A program made the translations under genes and the position numbers. The notes under the pieces were generated by a model that was not told the origin of the DNA, searched no databases, and worked only from the letters and a program-made list of their open reading frames with translations. A stretch of DNA of 63,380 nucleotides, filler included, from Hausera hauseri (lineage: Eukaryota), in NCBI GenBank assembly GCA_046269625.1. It is 11 parts of 11 records of this genome, joined end to end, with 100 filler letters (N's around TTAATTAATTAA, not from the genome) between each part and the next. Parts side by side here need not be neighbours in the genome. Positions count along the whole stretch, not along the records: positions 59,182 to 63,380 come from JBJURY010705660.1; 10 more parts are not named here. The stretch is one strand, 5' to 3'. Position 1 is the stretch's first letter; each line of letters starts with the position of its first letter. Positions 63,225 through 63,380 of the stretch are shown here, piece by piece.

Positions 63225-63380
63225 CACTATTTCCTTTTTGGATCGCTGAAACTAATTCAAGTGGTCCCTGTGCTGGTTATAAAATTGTTCAGTTGATTCC
63301 AACAACTATAGAACAACCGGGACAAACATGGGCCCGTTTACCGTGCACCGTCGTGGCTCCATAATACTGCTCCATTACAC

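Overview
This window is not one locus. It is 11 unlinked contigs joined by ten artificial 100-nt spacers (44 N + TTAATTAATTAA + 44 N): 1-7310, 7411-14821, 14922-23964, 24065-28383, 28484-33392, 33493-38596, 38697-44054, 44155-48120, 48221-53489, 53590-59081 and 59182-63380. The content is repeat-rich animal genomic DNA, probably from a flatworm (inferred from GAPDH and PIWI signatures). It holds (i) ~11 kb of degenerate (TTCG)n satellite, which generates all the long RSFV/NERT ORFs; (ii) two decayed copies of a Polinton/Maverick (adintovirus-like) virion module (penton(s), a small amphipathic/basic protein, major capsid protein, and in copy 1 an adenain-like protease), plus a decayed protein-primed DNA polymerase B on a separate contig; (iii) a CsRn1-clade Ty3/gypsy element followed by an ORF resembling the Hsp70 C-terminal lid; (iv) a second LTR element with a PPT-LTR-PBS junction, an extended Gag followed by a ubiquitin-like domain, and an env-position ORF of FN3(WSxWS)-FN3-TM-inactive DEDDh exonuclease architecture; (v) a decayed chuvirus-type (Monjiviricetes) fusion glycoprotein gene; (vi) host gene fragments (dis3l2, piwi, gapdh); and (vii) RTE LINE, SINE, Chapaev-like and pogo-like remnants. 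The most novel-looking signals are the accessory cargo ORFs of the LTR elements and the chuvirus-like glycoprotein. All family calls come from motif recognition by eye; no searches were run.
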